Origin: Chrysomallon squamiferum
Taxonomy: Eukaryota > Animalia > Mollusca
NCBI GenBank assembly: GCA_012295275.1
Contig: CM022665.1
Location: 25,606,001 to 25,670,000, forward strand
Reading direction: 5' to 3'
DNA length: 64,000 nt
A program made the translations under genes and the position numbers. The notes below the pieces were generated by a model, which saw only the letters and a list, made by a program, of their open reading frames with translations, was not told where the DNA came from and made no database searches. Shown piece after piece: positions 49,804-64,000 of this stretch (the first letter of the stretch is position 1; each line of letters begins with the position of its first letter).

Positions 49804-52800
49804 TCAAAGATTGTCTTTTCTTTTCTCACACTTTGTACACACTCTGACGGGATAATCCCAGCCTCGAATGCGAACTGGGATTTTGTTTGGAGAGCAGTCA
49901 TCACAGACTCCCTGCCCACAGGCACGACAGTGATGTTTGGCAATCTTGTAGGAAAACTTCACCTTGCAGATGATGCATTCTGTAATCTTTTCATCAGGAA
50001 CCCAGTAAGCTGGTCGAGCAGAGTCTTTTAGCATCCCTGGTTTGAAAACATTAAAGGTTAAAGGTTTCCTCAGATTCAAATCACAAATGTTTCTAAACTT
50101 ACTGTAAAAATAATGATCCTTATTTTGAAAGAGAATATGTATGTGTGCCTACCTATGCAAGTGTGGGCACAGACGTGTCTGTGTGTGAACAATAAATGAA
50201 AATATTTAGTTAATAATAAAATATTCATATTTGTTTTTCATTATTAATCAAACAATACATCCTCTACATCTATATCTCAACAATTTCTAATGAAATACTA
50301 CTGCTGCTGCTACATTTATGGATTTTTAACAGATGTATGTGAAAATCTTTACTTTGTATACTACTTTTAACATTTCTTTCAACTTTTGACATACTTTCCT
50401 TTGTTTTGTTGTTTATTTAAGCTATTTGTTACTTACCTAAGGGAAGATCAATAGCAGATGCAACTGCACCAATTGTTGAACTGACCACTTCCCCAACCAT
50501 GCGAGCAGTTACAGGAGTTTCTCCTCCTTCACCTTCTCCTGATAATAAAATGATAATTCATATTTAAAACATATTGAGTTTAACAACAAAGTTAAGACTT
50601 AAAGTTTTATTCACATACCTGAATACTGTACATCAGCCAAACAAAAATTAATAAATAAATAAAATTTTAAAAATATATGAAAGAAAGTTAACCAGGTATC
50701 AGTAACTGATCCATAATTAACAAAACTACAGTAAAATTCACAGATTTAGAATACTTATTACCAAAGTTATTATCAATTTAATTTTTAATATTTTTATTTA
50801 ATATATTTAAAAAAAAAAGAAGCTTGTATGAGTAATGTAACTGTAAATAAATACTCAGTTTTAAAAACCAGACAGCCATCTATTTCATTTAAGGCATATC
50901 ATTACTGCTTGAAAGCATTGTGAAAAGTCATAATAATGTGTCAACTCTGATTTGATAAATGATGCACCAAGGAATTGGGTATGGTGTTACAGTGCAAAAT
51001 GGTGGTAGTAGTGACAAAATGTTATATACTGACACAGTCTCCCACCTGGGTTACCTTGGAAACACTTGTTGCAGACTCTGACAGGTGTAAGACCCCAGCC
51101 TCTTTCAGGAACAGGGCGAGTCTTTGAAGAGCAGTCATCACAAAATCCCTGTCCACAAGCTCGACAGTGATGTTTCTGTTCATTGTCGGTGAAATTTGTC
51201 TTGCAATCATGACATTCCTAAAACAAAATTGTACAAAATAATGAATGAATATTTATTCAAAACAGTAGTGGATTTGTAATGGGTTTTAGGAACTAGAGTT
51301 ACTCTAAAGCTGAATATAGAAAGAATTGAGAAGCAGACACTATAAGCTAAATGTTTTCATTATTGTTTATTTCTTTATCAAACTGAAGATGCTCTGAAAT
51401 TTACAAATATTTGACAGTAATATATAATATTTTCACTTGTACTATTGCTTTGCTAAATAAATGTCATAAACTGGAAACTAAAATGTAGAGTAAAACATAT
51501 ATGTCACTATCCCATTGTCTATACCACCCATTTCTATTTCTAATTTTATGAAGCACATTTAATGTATTTTGTTAGTTGTGGATTCAGTCTGTGTCACAAC
51601 TCCATAAGTTAACCATCCACATTAACTGCAAATGTTTGGGTTTTTTAACATATACACCTTATCATGAACAGAGAAGTATATAACATGACTTTTGAAAATA
51701 ATATATAAATGTTCACTTTCTGATTATTAAAATCAAAATAATCAGAGAATGAACAGATTCTCATCATTTATTGGCTGACAAACAATCATTGAATATATCT
51801 ACAAATATATATTAAAAGAAAATATTCACCTAGATAACTAATAGCAGATATCTAAAACTAAAATCTACTTACTAGAATTTGCGAATTTGGCACCCAGTAA
51901 GTAGGAGCAATCTGGTCAGCTGTCCATTCTGCTAACATCTTTGTAGGTTTGGCACCAACAGTTCCAATTGTATTGGCAACAGTGTGGAGACTATCCAGAA
52001 ATTTACGAGCTGCATTGTGTGTTCCATCAAGTACCTGATGACTCTACAACAGAAGACAAATAATACAAATGTATGTGTGTGTATGTGTGTTTATCACTGT
52101 GTATGTCTCACTCTTCATGTTTTTCTATACGAGTAACTCTCAGAGTATCCCTTTAATTTTCTCTGCATATTTACCTATCTCTCATTTTCTGCATATCTTT
52201 CATGATCTGCATATCTCTCTCTCTCTCTATGCTCTTCTCTATATCTCACAGTTTCTCACTCATATAAAAACACCCACTCACACCCCCTTATATCATTAAC
52301 ATTTATTCTGTAGATCCTACAAAAGACCATAAATATCAAGATATGGCAGGCTTTGGTACATGTGGTGAGATATGACTTGTGCATTGGGGAATTTGAATCC
52401 CTGGTTGTGCAGGTTGTTGCTATCAGTGTATACAACACTAAATCTACAGAAGAAACCCCTCATATATATCATTAGTATGTTAGTGTAGGATACATCATAA
52501 GAATTATATAAATGAATGACAGGAGAATATAAAACTGTGGATTCCTAACAATGGACAGACATTTGTAATATTATCAGCTGATTACTTACATCTGGCCAAA
52601 TGTGTATGACTTCCATCTGGACAAAGGTTTCTATGTCATGGTTGCCATACCAGTACTGTCTGCTACGATAAATAACACCACAGTTTGTACACTCCAAGAC
52701 ATATCTATGAAAAAAGAAGAAAAAACATAGACTGCTATGCATACTGTTACATTCCAATCTGATATGTTAATAATAATAACTAAGATTTAAAAAAAATTAA

Positions 52801-55800
52801 AAATATAAAAAATGTTTAATTTAAGCAGACAAGTAATTCTTCTTCTTACAATCTAGCAATAATTCATAATAAAGTGGGGGTTTTGGGGTTTTTTTATAAA
52901 CTGTCCATAAACTGAGAATGTCATTTGGCTAAAACTAAGATGAAAACAAATTTGAAAAACATTATACTTAATAAATATAAAAGCATTTTTAATTAAAAAA
53001 AACTCAGATTTGAAACATACAAAATTAAATTCATACTCTTTCACTTTCTCCTATTTAAACTTTGTAAAAAAATAATAATAATAAATTAAATATTAAGGAA
53101 AAATTAAAAAATAAGAAACTACTGGAAATCATTTAGGTAACAAACCATATCAACCAACGGCCATACTTATTAATAATTTTTCTTCTGTGAATAATAACAA
53201 CAATAATAAATTATCTTATGTGATAAAAATTAAATATCTGTACAAAAACAGTCATAAAATATTTAGTTCCACAGATAAGCCTACCCAGACCAAAGATATT
53301 TTCCAAGTCCAACCCAAGAATTGTCAGAAGATGCAGAGGTTTTTGGAACCACATAATTATTCTGCTGACCCTTCATAAAACATTTCTGAAAGGAAAATTT
53401 ATAAAGTTATATTTATGAGGTTTTTCAAAATCTCAGTTTAATAAATCTGTGGGAACATTTATGTTGGAGGTTTTGATATAAAATTAATGCAACTAATGGA
53501 TAAAATCCTTTTAAATTTCGTGAAGTAAAGAAAATTTCAAGAGTAAAATAATAACAAAAATGACAATACCAACTAAGTATGATTTTAACATTCACTGTAA
53601 AAAGTATTGTTAGAAAAATGAAGAAGAGGGAGGCCACTCTGAATGGAAATGGCATTAATGACCTGCTAAATAATTACATTTTCAAGTTTTCAAACTTTCA
53701 TTCAAGAACTTTACGATCACTCATCTTGATTCTCTCAGATTTCAATACAACTTCTTCTAATTTAATTTTTTTTAAATTAAAAATTTCCAGTTTTTACTTT
53801 ACACCTAGGAAAACGTTTTAATAATTTTTATATTATATAATAAAATAAAATAAAAAAAGAACTGCTGAGAAAAAGTTAATTTTACAGTTGTAAAAATGTG
53901 AACACAGTAATACAAGTCCAAACCTTGCACAGGTAACGCATGTTGCCATACTGATGTTGGTAACGACACTTTACATTTCTGTCTGGCTCATGTTTCACAT
54001 CCTCTGAGTTGTGACTCATACTTTTCATGCATTTTGCCCTGTTAAATTAGTTTTAAACTGTTAATATTTTAATATTAAATGATATAAGCAAATGATTGTG
54101 AACTAAAACTGATAATGATCTTAATATAAATATTGAAATGATATCAATTAAAAGTATGTTTAGATGAAAAAAATATATTAACTCCTCTCTAATTATACAA
54201 ACATTTCACCATTCTGCTGAAAAATGTTTTAAAGATAAAGAAGACAATAAAATTCCATACTTTCCAAATTTTTTATGAATTAATTTCACTATTACTAGTT
54301 AGAGGTCTGAATGCATTATCTGTATACAGATAATTATGTATCTTTATTTTTATGCTAGTAATAGGCATTTCAGCAGTAATCACAAAAAAAATATCCGATG
54401 AACAATTTTTGTAAAATTAGAGTTATTTTGAAATAATATTTTAAATGAAATATCAGTAGTATTCCTTCATTAAACACTGTGTAAATTTAACAGTGAAGCA
54501 CATACCCACAAGATAAACATCTGGTTGAACAGGTGAAATACTGATCTGGGAACGTATTGGGTCCTGGTTTATCAATGTCACCACTGAATGTATCATTCAG
54601 GGCCTAAAAACAAAATATTTATTTAAAGAAACATACCTACATATATATATATATATAGACACACACCCACACATAGTACATACCGAACAGACTCACAAAC
54701 ATATACATACAGACATAGATACACAAACACACACATACACCTATACACATAAACATTATACATATGTATTAATAAGAAAAAAATATCTGTTAGAAAAGTG
54801 AATATTTGAGAGAGCTGTCCACATAAAACCTAACTGTCATGAAAATCAGTTACCTTTAAGGCATGGAACACAATTTCTGGATCTCTGGGAGCTCTGATGG
54901 TGTTATTATTCAACAGTTCCTTGGTTACTTGCTGCAGTCGATGGAAATCTGTGGGTGGATTTTGAGTTTTTGTGCCTACGTAATTTACACAATTGAAGGC
55001 ATCAGTGTTGTATTTCAAATTTTTGAATTTAGCTATAACTTCATTTTCTGCTGTTTTTCCCCCTGTAAAAACATATGATTAACATTTTATTTATGCAATA
55101 AATACTGTTACAAAACTCCAACATATTTTAATGTTGATACTCTAACTTGTATAATATAACTTTAATAGTGCATTAATATTTCTTAACACAGTAACATTGT
55201 AATAATATGATGCTTATTTATGGTATACAATTAAAAAATAAATAAACAGAAAAACAAAACAATTCATGTTTCAAAATGTTGTTAGAAAATGTTTAATTTG
55301 AAAATTGATTAATTCATTTTGAACAACTCTAAATTAAACTGCTAATGAAGAAGGCATTGTTGACTTCTATTACTGAATAATGAAAAACATTCTTAAGTTA
55401 ATTATGCTTTGTTTTCAGGCATAATTAGAGTTAAATATAAAAAAAAATTTTCATTGGTTATGACTGAAGGCAAAGGGTTTACATCTTAGTTCAGTGCCAT
55501 GAAAGTGAATTTTATGATATTTCTTAGTCTTGCCACATATAAATAAACACAAAATCACACCAATCAATCCAGTACAAATTGTGATTAATTTAAATTAAGA
55601 AACATAAATCAAAAAAATATATAAATACAAGTTGCACTTACAATCTATTATGAAACTGGAAAGTTTATAAATTAAATATGTCATCAGATTTATTAATTTG
55701 AATAAACAGTCCATATTTCTTTAAAGATAAAAATTACCTGGGCCACAAGTCAGCACATCAGTGTGTATGGTTTCATGAAAAATAATAATTGCTGGTCCGA

Positions 55801-58125
55801 AAGTTGATATAGGAACATCTTGCTTATGTTTTTCTGCTGCTTTTCTTAATGCATCTTTGAAGTGCTCCAGATAACTCTTTGAGGCATCGCTGATAAACTT
55901 GAACATGTCACTGTGTAATCGCTCAGCTCGCGTACGATAGATTATCACATCAGATATCGCCAAGACTTTCAGTAAGAGGCGAGTCCTTTGATTAGAATTG
56001 TCAGCAACCCCAAGCAAACCTTCTGTATCTATAATAATTGCTTTGTTGTCTGGATCATAGGCTGCCCATATTCCTACAGTACATGATGTGTGCCCAGGTG
56101 ATGTCTGAAATACTTCCTTTCCTCCAAAGAACGTGTGATTTAGAGTGTGTGACTTTCCATCACCAGTATTGCCAAATATAGAGACAACCTTCACCTTGAC
56201 ATCCTTGTTATCATTTGTGTAGCATCCAAGCTTCTCACAAAAATCCTTTTCATCTTTCACCTGAAAAGGATAATAAATTATAAATACTTGAAATTCATAG
56301 AGGCAACTACTGAATTAATTATGAAAAAAATTAAAATGGGTGGAATGGAAGAAAACACATTAGATATACATTTTAATCACCAAATGTAGACTACAGATAT
56401 ATTTCTGTAGGATTATATGTATAAAATGACATGACAGAAAAAATATACAAATGTTTAAATAAATGTCCATCAATATCATTTACTATATATACATATATAC
56501 ACATTACTGTGAACTTAGTCTGTTTAGTCTACAGAAATAATTGCATAAGAAAGGTAACAGACTAGTAAATGAACTTCGTTTTATTTACTTTTATTTCACT
56601 TAAATTATTTAGCACAACGTAATGCTGCAAAGAAATGGTTCTCTTTAACATGAGTAAGTTAATTTCTAAAATGCTATTTAATTAAAAATTTTAATTTTTT
56701 ACTGAACATCAGCACTGGATAATGAAATGTCTTCAAGAATGTCAGCTACATATAATTTAAGGAAATATCTTTGTCAACAATAATGTACTGTATATACTTG
56801 TGTATAAGTCGAATTTTGGGGAGACTATATTAAGGTAATATTTTTGGGGTCGACTTATACATAGGTAATGCTTTTGTAGCTGTTGCTGAAGAATCGCCAT
56901 TTTGACTATTTTTTGCTACAGGATGCATCTAAAATAATCGCGGTCTTTCAGCTTTTAAAAATATAATTTTATCATATAAAAAATTTTGAAAAATTAAATA
57001 ACAAAACCAAATATGAATGTAAAACATGATATTCTTCTGTTTAATGACATAAAAATACATTTTAAAGCGAGAAAACCGTCAGTACGGCGTTATGCCTTAT
57101 GGCATCTTGCAATGATTTAGGCTATAGCTCGTGTAATACATGCATTTACGTTATTATGGTATGTTCGTGCAAGTTAAGTTACAGTAGGTGTACAATGTAG
57201 GCCTTCATGGCACTGTCACACTGGTCTAAAAATAGTGACGGTGCCTGGAATCTACAGTCGACTTATACACAAGTAATACCTAAAATGACGCAATTTTTGG
57301 TCTTAAAATACACATCGACTTATACATAAGGTTGCCTTGTACACAAGTATATACGGTAGTTATTATTTAAATTGAAGATCCTACATATATATATTATCAT
57401 ATCTTTTTATTTCTTACCTGCAACTCTTCCCTTTCAGTTGACAAAAGAAAACCATGACAATTCTGATATTTGTTGACATCATCCTGTTCTTTTGCAATGT
57501 CACCTGTGCCATCCAGAGGTTCTGTTACACCTGTTAAAACGTCAGGAACACTACTTTGGCTATGATCAGAATGAGAATCGGTTAAAGCCATAGTGTTACC
57601 TTCTTGACGGGGATTTGAATCTGAAGAAGGATGTTGGGGACAAGACAAGTAGGTCAGTGAATCATCATTAGATGATACTGGAGACAAAGGTTTCAAATTA
57701 TGTTGTACAGTTTGTTGTTCTTTCTGATTTTTTCTATTTTCATACTCTTTTATTGACATATGCTGATGTTGTTTTTTCTTACTTTGATTATGTACTTTAT
57801 CAAAACAGTCGTAACAATACCTTTGATGACAAGTTTCACACCAAATGTCTGCATAGTTTACATTTACACAACTCTTATTATTTTTTTCTCCTTCACATAA
57901 AGTTGTAAATGGTATTTTCTCTAACTTCACTCTTGAATGACTATCATCCTTAGAACTTCCATCAGGGTGTAATTTTTTTTCGCAATCTAAACACTGGGAA
58001 GATTTACACTCGTTACAGTAATATTTTGCATCAGCATCACAAACTTGACAACACAATTTTTCTTCACATAAACGTTTTGAAGTTCTTGTTTTCGCGCTTC
58101 TTTTGTTAGGTATTGGTCGACTCAT
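49804..58125 (-). CDS. ZFYVE1: Zinc finger FYVE domain protein 1 (DFCP1): N-terminal Cys/His zinc region, P-loop NTPase, two FYVE fingers; 11 exons, 845 aa
   Basis: Exons 57418-58125, 55738-56260 (VVSIFGNTGDGKSHTLN, IIDTEGLLG), 54854-55062, 54506-54603, 53924-54038, 53285-53385, 52590-52704 (GYVLECTNCGVIYRSRQYWYGN), 51873-52043, 51055-51217 (KHHCRACG), 50437-50538, 49804-50036 (KHHCRACG..PVRVC). 2538 nt. Confidence 0.96.
56788..57356. mobile_element. Non-autonomous Tc1/mariner-superfamily (Tc2/pogo-like) MITE in ZFYVE1 intron 1
   Basis: TIRs CTGTATATACTTGTGTATAAG / revcomp CCGTATATACTTGTGTACAAG match at 19/21, with TA on both flanks (56786-87, 57357-58). Internal TCGACTTATAC repeats occur near 56850, 57258 and 57315. 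No ORF. Confidence 0.85.
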
Positions 58126-59002
58126 CTGGGCAACGATAAAATCTATTCGGGCATTTCATAACATTCTATAATTTCAACCATAAACAATTATATTTCAGCA
58201 TAATTTTCAGATCATTGCGAATTTGGACATCCCCCATTGCTCATTTCCTTATGAAACTAATGGAAATTTATAACTTAGTTTTAAAACGAAAAAGGCTATT
58301 GCGAAACAGTTTGTTGTGTCCGTCTTAATATTAATATAATAACAATAACAATAATAATAACAACAACAATAACAATAATAATAATCAAACTATTAATAAT
58401 CATACAAAGAAAAAGAACACACACACACACACACACACAAACAGAAAATCCTTAGAATATTTTAAGATGATTTCCCACTTGAAACCTTTTATCTAGGTTC
58501 TATAAAGTTATTCTGAGTCCCACTGTACGACCACGGCAACCCTCTTTCAACCCACTTTTCATCACAGTAATAATATATTTTACGACTGCACACCCATAAC
58601 CATCCTAATCTAATAAACTTCAACCAACCTACTACCTAGCCGATATTTTTCTATTATATAATATATGCCATTTATTTGCATTGTTTTATGTCTATATATT
58701 TTTCTTGCATTATTATATAACTGTTACGTGTACTGAAGATTAATGTTTCGGTACATTTTGGAATTCTAATAGGAGAATGATACATAGCATTCTATTTTGC
58801 TTTATTTGAAAACAACAAGAACATAACTCATTATTTCAATCGGTTATTTTTATCAACTATATTTATCCTTATTCCACTTGCAAATACTACTTTTATGAAC
58901 CACAACCTTCAATTGTTTCCCTAGTCAGTGTGGAATTATGGGAAGGCTGTTTATGCACAATTGTTTTCTCTGATTTTTTCCGAGTGATAAAAATCAGTCA
59001 AA
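58126..59002. promoter_or_regulatory. Probable bidirectional promoter ZFYVE1/RTF1 with ZNF143/Staf-like site (58930-58944)
   Basis: Divergent ATGs are 877 nt apart. GTGGAATTATGGGAA reads TTCCCATAATTCCAC on the other strand, close to the Staf-binding core TTCCCAYAATGCA. (CA)n at 58417-58438. Confidence 0.6.
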
Positions 59003-61599
59003 ATGTCAAAAAGGAAGAAGAGTGTTATGCTTATTGATTCGGATAGTGATGGAAGTGATAGTGGAGATGACCTGGACGAAGTAATAATTTAATATGAACA
59101 CATGCTTTGGAAGACACAACAGTTACATTCCAATAACATCGATACACATTTCACTGAATAACTCGAATAAGTTTTCACATGTTCAAACTTTTTGTACACA
59201 TTATAATAACACTTATGTGCTTTCCTATATAAGATACTTAATATTTCCAGTTTACTAAAACAAAACATATAAATTAATGAATTTATGTTGAAAATCCATA
59301 AACCAAGATAACACATTTATTTGAACTGAATTTCAATTTATTAAAAAGATTTCACTGATACATTATTTAAACTGTTAGAGATCAAGATATGTAATGTAGT
59401 TCCTATATCTCGTCTTGAAAGATGTGTATGCAATGTACCATCCCTTATTTTAAAATTGTTTCTTCTTCTTAAAATGAAAACACTTTCATCTTCAGAATTA
59501 CTCAGACACTATTGGAATTTGTGGAATCACTGATCCATTTTATTGATAAAAGAAAAAAATAATAAAAAGTTGCATATTCATGATATATTGAAATAATTAA
59601 AAATATAACTGACACCAGGCTTTATAAACATATTTTAAAATAATACCTTTTAAAATTATATATGTATATGTATAATATAATCATATTATAAAAATCAATC
59701 CATAATGCTAGAGAAATAAAAACTATTCATAATTTAATGGTATAAACAATGAATTATGAAAGTTTGTATTATGAAGTTGTGGAATATTTTAAATCCAATA
59801 CAATATTTCATTATAAACAATTTTAGTTCAACTGACAGGCAGTCTGTCATTTTTTGTTTTATTTATTTATTTATTTAATCATATATTTTGCTGTTTTAGA
59901 AATTACATATTACTTTTCAAAAAACTAAATATCTTTCAGAAAACTAAATTATCTTACAAACTGAGTGATAAAAAATGTGCATTTTATTTTAAAATATCTG
60001 ACAACTTAAGAGAAATTTTGAAGAAACATTAAGATTTAAAACAAGAAAGTCAATTTATTAATGAAATATTTGCATATTTTAATTATAAATTAAATTCACA
60101 TGTAAACTATATAATTTTAAGAAAGAGTATAAAAAGTACATATTTGCTTCTTCCTTAGTAATGCTTTTTTTTTAATCTTTGTTTTGCTACTTTATATTTC
60201 ATAACATATTTCAGGGTCTACGAGCACTTGCTAAGCGAAAAAGGAGAAACTCGGGGACACAAAATGATGGGCACAATACAGCAACTCAAGGATCTGATTC
60301 TGATTCAGAGAGTTCAAACAGTGATGAAGATGTATGTTTCTTGTTATAATCTTGTTCCTGAATACATTTTACACAGAGAGAAATCTGTATATGAACAGTA
60401 GATATTTATATATATATATATATTATTATTATTATTATTTTTTTTTTTTCAGTTTGTTGAAATGTATTGCAGTGACCAAAATTTATAATAATTTATTTGT
60501 GTTGATGTTGCAATTGATAATATTTTTAATTAGTCCTATTTTCAAATGGAATAATATAATTTTATAATGATTTTAAAATATTTTAATATTTTTTTAATTT
60601 CTTGTACACATTATATTTTGTTTTATTTGTTGTTAGTGGACTGCTAATGGCAAAAGTTCAAAAAAAAAGAAAATGAAGGCTACACCAAAGAAGACAAATA
60701 AAAGATCATCCACAATCAGTTCTTCAGGAAGTGACAATGAAAGTGACAAACATGTTTCTGAACCAGAAGAAGGTATTCAGTGATATTATTATTATTATTA
60801 TTTTTTTTTTTCTGCAATCAGGATATGGTGTAGCAGCCTGATATTAATTAGCCAAAATGGCAAAAAAATATGTATGCTATAAGATGTTGAGCTAAAATGC
60901 ACTTTTTTTTATTTTTATGTTTTTGGTAATTAAAACGAGTCTTTGTTAAAAAAGTGAAAGTGTTTTATTAAAAGGAGTGTTTCTCAAACAAGTGAAAATG
61001 TTTTATGGAAAAGAATGTTTGTTAAACAGGTGAGGTTTCTGACTCTGGGAGTGGATCTGCAGGTGGGACTGGGTCTGAATCAGAGGAAGAGAAATTCTGC
61101 GATGGCTTTGATGAAAATCTCATTGGTGATGAAGAAGATAAGGCAAAGCTTGAACAGATGACAGAAAAGGAGAGAGAACAAGAGTTGTTTAACAGGATGG
61201 AGAGGAGACAAGTCCTAAAGACCAGGTACAGAAATAATTCTCCAAAACAACTCACTTGGATTTAAGCCTTTTTATATATTTTCTGTTTTTTATTTTTAAA
61301 TTTATGTTTTGTTTCAGTTACTTTTCAGTATGATTAGAGGGTATGCAAATATGGTTTTATGTTTGAATTTGTAGATTTGAAATAGAACAGAAACTGAAGA
61401 AAGCCAAAAAGGCACACAAACACAAATCAAAAACTGTCACAGAACCCACCACACCTTCAAGGTCATTAGTAAGTGTCAGTGAAAGAAGCAAAGAAAGAAG
61501 GAAAAATATGGAAGATACAAAAAAAGACAATAAAAAGTTTTCAGCATTACAGGACTTGAGAGCAAGACGAGAAGAGAAGAAGAATAAAGGTACTATGCT

Positions 61600-61630
<31 letters not shown>

Positions 61631-62427
61631 TTCTGCTCCTTGATACTTTAAAACATAAGGAATGAGTGGAGTTACTTGTTGACATTTTGATTTTTAACTT
61701 GTTACATAACATACAAAAGGTTTTTATATAATTATGATTGACAGTAATCACCTGCTGTTAGCAGAAAGAGATGTGTCATTCCCTTTGATAAAGCACTGTC
61801 TGGCATCAGATTAAAAAAAAAAAATCCATATTTTTCATAAAATATTTTATTAATATTAAATTTTATTTAAAAACAAGGTGTGACTTACAGTGTGATCTTT
61901 TCTCAGTTATCTGCTTATAGTTTATTAAAACAATACACTTTGTAGTCAATTTATTAATTAATTCCTGAAGACGCTATAATTACAGAGGATATGATCAAGC
62001 AGCAGGAGCAGAAGAAGAAGACGCTAAAGGCCAGTGATATTTACAGCGATGATGATGATGATGATGATGGTGATATAGATGACAAGAGGACAGAGGAGAA
62101 GGAGAACAAGGCATCAAGAGATGATTCTGACTCTGATGACAGTCGTCGATCATCATCAGCGTCAGATTCTGAGGATGACGAGTAATACTTGAATAATTCT
62201 TTTAACGTGTGTTGTTTTATATATAAATAACAAAGATGTATCTGTCAAAAATAACAGCTAATGTGATTCTTAAAAAAAGCCACGAATTACTTGATAAAAA
62301 AAAAGGACATGTCATCGTATTCTTAATTTTTCTTTTATATTCTTTGGTAAGCTCAAAAGTTTCATTTTAAACATGTACCTTTATTAAAATAATCTTTCAA
62401 GAGTGTTTCAAATGAGTAAAAAAAAAA

Positions 62428-62460
<33 letters not shown>

Positions 62461-63778
62461 TCTTTTTTTTATTTCAGATCATACTCAAGGAACAAAAAAT
62501 CTAACTACATCACATCCAAAGAAGAAATAAACAAGTGTCGAATATCCAGACATAAAATTGAAAAGTAGGATCCTTTTAATTTATATTAATCTTTGCTCTG
62601 TATTATATTTTCTTTTTTTTTGCTTCAGAATGTCAGAATATAAACCTCTATGATTTGCAGAAAAAAAGATATATGTATGTGTATATGTGTGTGCATGTAC
62701 TGAAGGAAAGGAAGAGAGACATAAAGAGAGCAAGTAAGTTAGAGGGAGGGACAGAAAAAGGCATAAACCACAAATGTTTCAATGGGTCTTTCATTTTATA
62801 TTTCCATATTAAATAAATGTGGTAATGTATTAGTGGATATCATTGGAACATTATCTATCTGTCACAGATGGTGTCACATGCCTTTCTTCAAGAGAACAAT
62901 CATTGGGTGCTATGTTAGGATTGGTATTGGAAACAACAGTGAGGGACGAGCTGTGTACAGGGTTAGTGATGTTGTTTATTTTATATTGTGTTAATGTAAT
63001 ACAGAATCAGATTATTAAAAATTATTATTGTGTCGTAGAATGGTGTTTGAGTTCTTTTTAATATGTTTTAAGTGAAATGGTATTTCCTTTGTCAAAATTA
63101 ATATGTTTAAAATTGTTATTATTTTAAATAATGGATATGCACTCAAAGCAAATTTGATAAAAAAAAATACATTTAAGAGAATTTGCACTATTTTAGGTTA
63201 TTAATGGAGTTATGTCATTTTGTTATTTGTATTGTGTTTTCAGATTGCAGAGGTGTTAGATGTCGTTGAGACAGCCAAAATCTACCAGCTTGGCTCTACA
63301 CGAACAAACAAAGGATTGAAACTCAGGTACATTTTTATTTTATTTTTATTTTTATCTAACTCCATCCATTTGTTTTTAGTGTACACTTGCTTCATACGGT
63401 ATGTCTCACATCAATTTTTAATTGAAATGCATTTTGTATTTAAATTATCTCTTACTAATTATCTGATAATGATTATTTGAAATTCTGCAGTTTATTTTCA
63501 TAGTACACTTAACAAATTCTGGTTGTGAATTTAAATGATTATTCTTATATTTAAATGACATGTTCAAACTTGGGTTTTGCAGACATGGTGCAGCTGAGCG
63601 AGTGTATCGACTGGAGTTTGTTTCAAATCAAGATTTCTCTGATGCTGAGTTCTATAAATGGAAGGAGGCTATGATCAATGGAGGTCTGCCAATTCCAACT
63701 ACTGAGGATGTGCAGAAAAAAGTCAAAGAAATACAGCAGGCTGCTAACTACAGCTTTAAGGAGAATGACATTGAATGG
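59003..63778 (+). CDS. RTF1: RNA polymerase-associated protein RTF1 (PAF1 complex, Plus3 domain), first 10 exons, 3' partial
   Basis: Exons 59003-59080, 60215-60331, 60637-60772, 61030-61225 ([25 protein letters not shown]), 61375-61589, 61986-62181, 62478-62564, 62868-62961 ([16 protein letters not shown]), 63244-63326, 63583-63778 ([10 protein letters not shown]). No stop codon before the window end. Confidence 0.95.
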
Positions 63779-64000
63779 GTCAGTATCAGAAGAAGACTTC
63801 ATTTGTTTTGTGACTTAGTAAAATATTCGAAAATAAATCAAGAAAAATTTATTTGATTATTACATTAATTACTTTGTTTAGATGTCTAATTGTCCATGTT
63901 CTATGGAAAATATATTTAGAATAACATTAATTTACAATTTTTTTATAACTATTTGGCTGCAGTTGCAAATTTAGATTAACATTAATTTACAACTATCCTG

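Noticed and set aside
62565-62578. RTF1 donor GTAGGATCCTTTT resembling a U12 5' splice site
   Set aside because: ATCCTTT is displaced 3 nt from the U12 position and there is no TCCTTAAC-like branch site near the acceptor at 62867. The U2 reading gives the expected EKWCHMPFF.

Overview
Very AT-rich, intron-rich animal DNA. A mollusc or gastropod source is inferred only from the style of the degraded SINE-like repeats. Six conserved genes can be rebuilt exon by exon with GT-AG boundaries and consistent phases: a PP2A B56 regulatory subunit (PPP2R5A/B/E, widerborst class; minus, 461 aa), TOMM20 (minus, 155 aa), ZW10 (plus, 749 aa), VTI1B (plus, 218 aa), ZFYVE1/DFCP1 (minus, 845 aa) and the 5' part of RTF1 (plus, runs off the window). 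TOMM20/ZW10 and ZFYVE1/RTF1 are head-to-head pairs. The most striking feature is an isoform-diversification system in the B56 gene, invisible in the ORF track. It has two tandem 109-nt homologous exons (9871-9979 and 9714-9822) separated by only 48 nt, which look mutually exclusive and encode part of the LxxIxE substrate-docking region. They are flanked by four (U)GCAUG motifs and a 13-nt upstream element that can pair with either donor. The same gene has several candidate alternative first coding exons, each running from an ATG to a phase-1 donor. Also present: MITEs, SINE-like relics, microsatellites and a few promoter motifs. No rRNA, tRNA or CRISPR was found.
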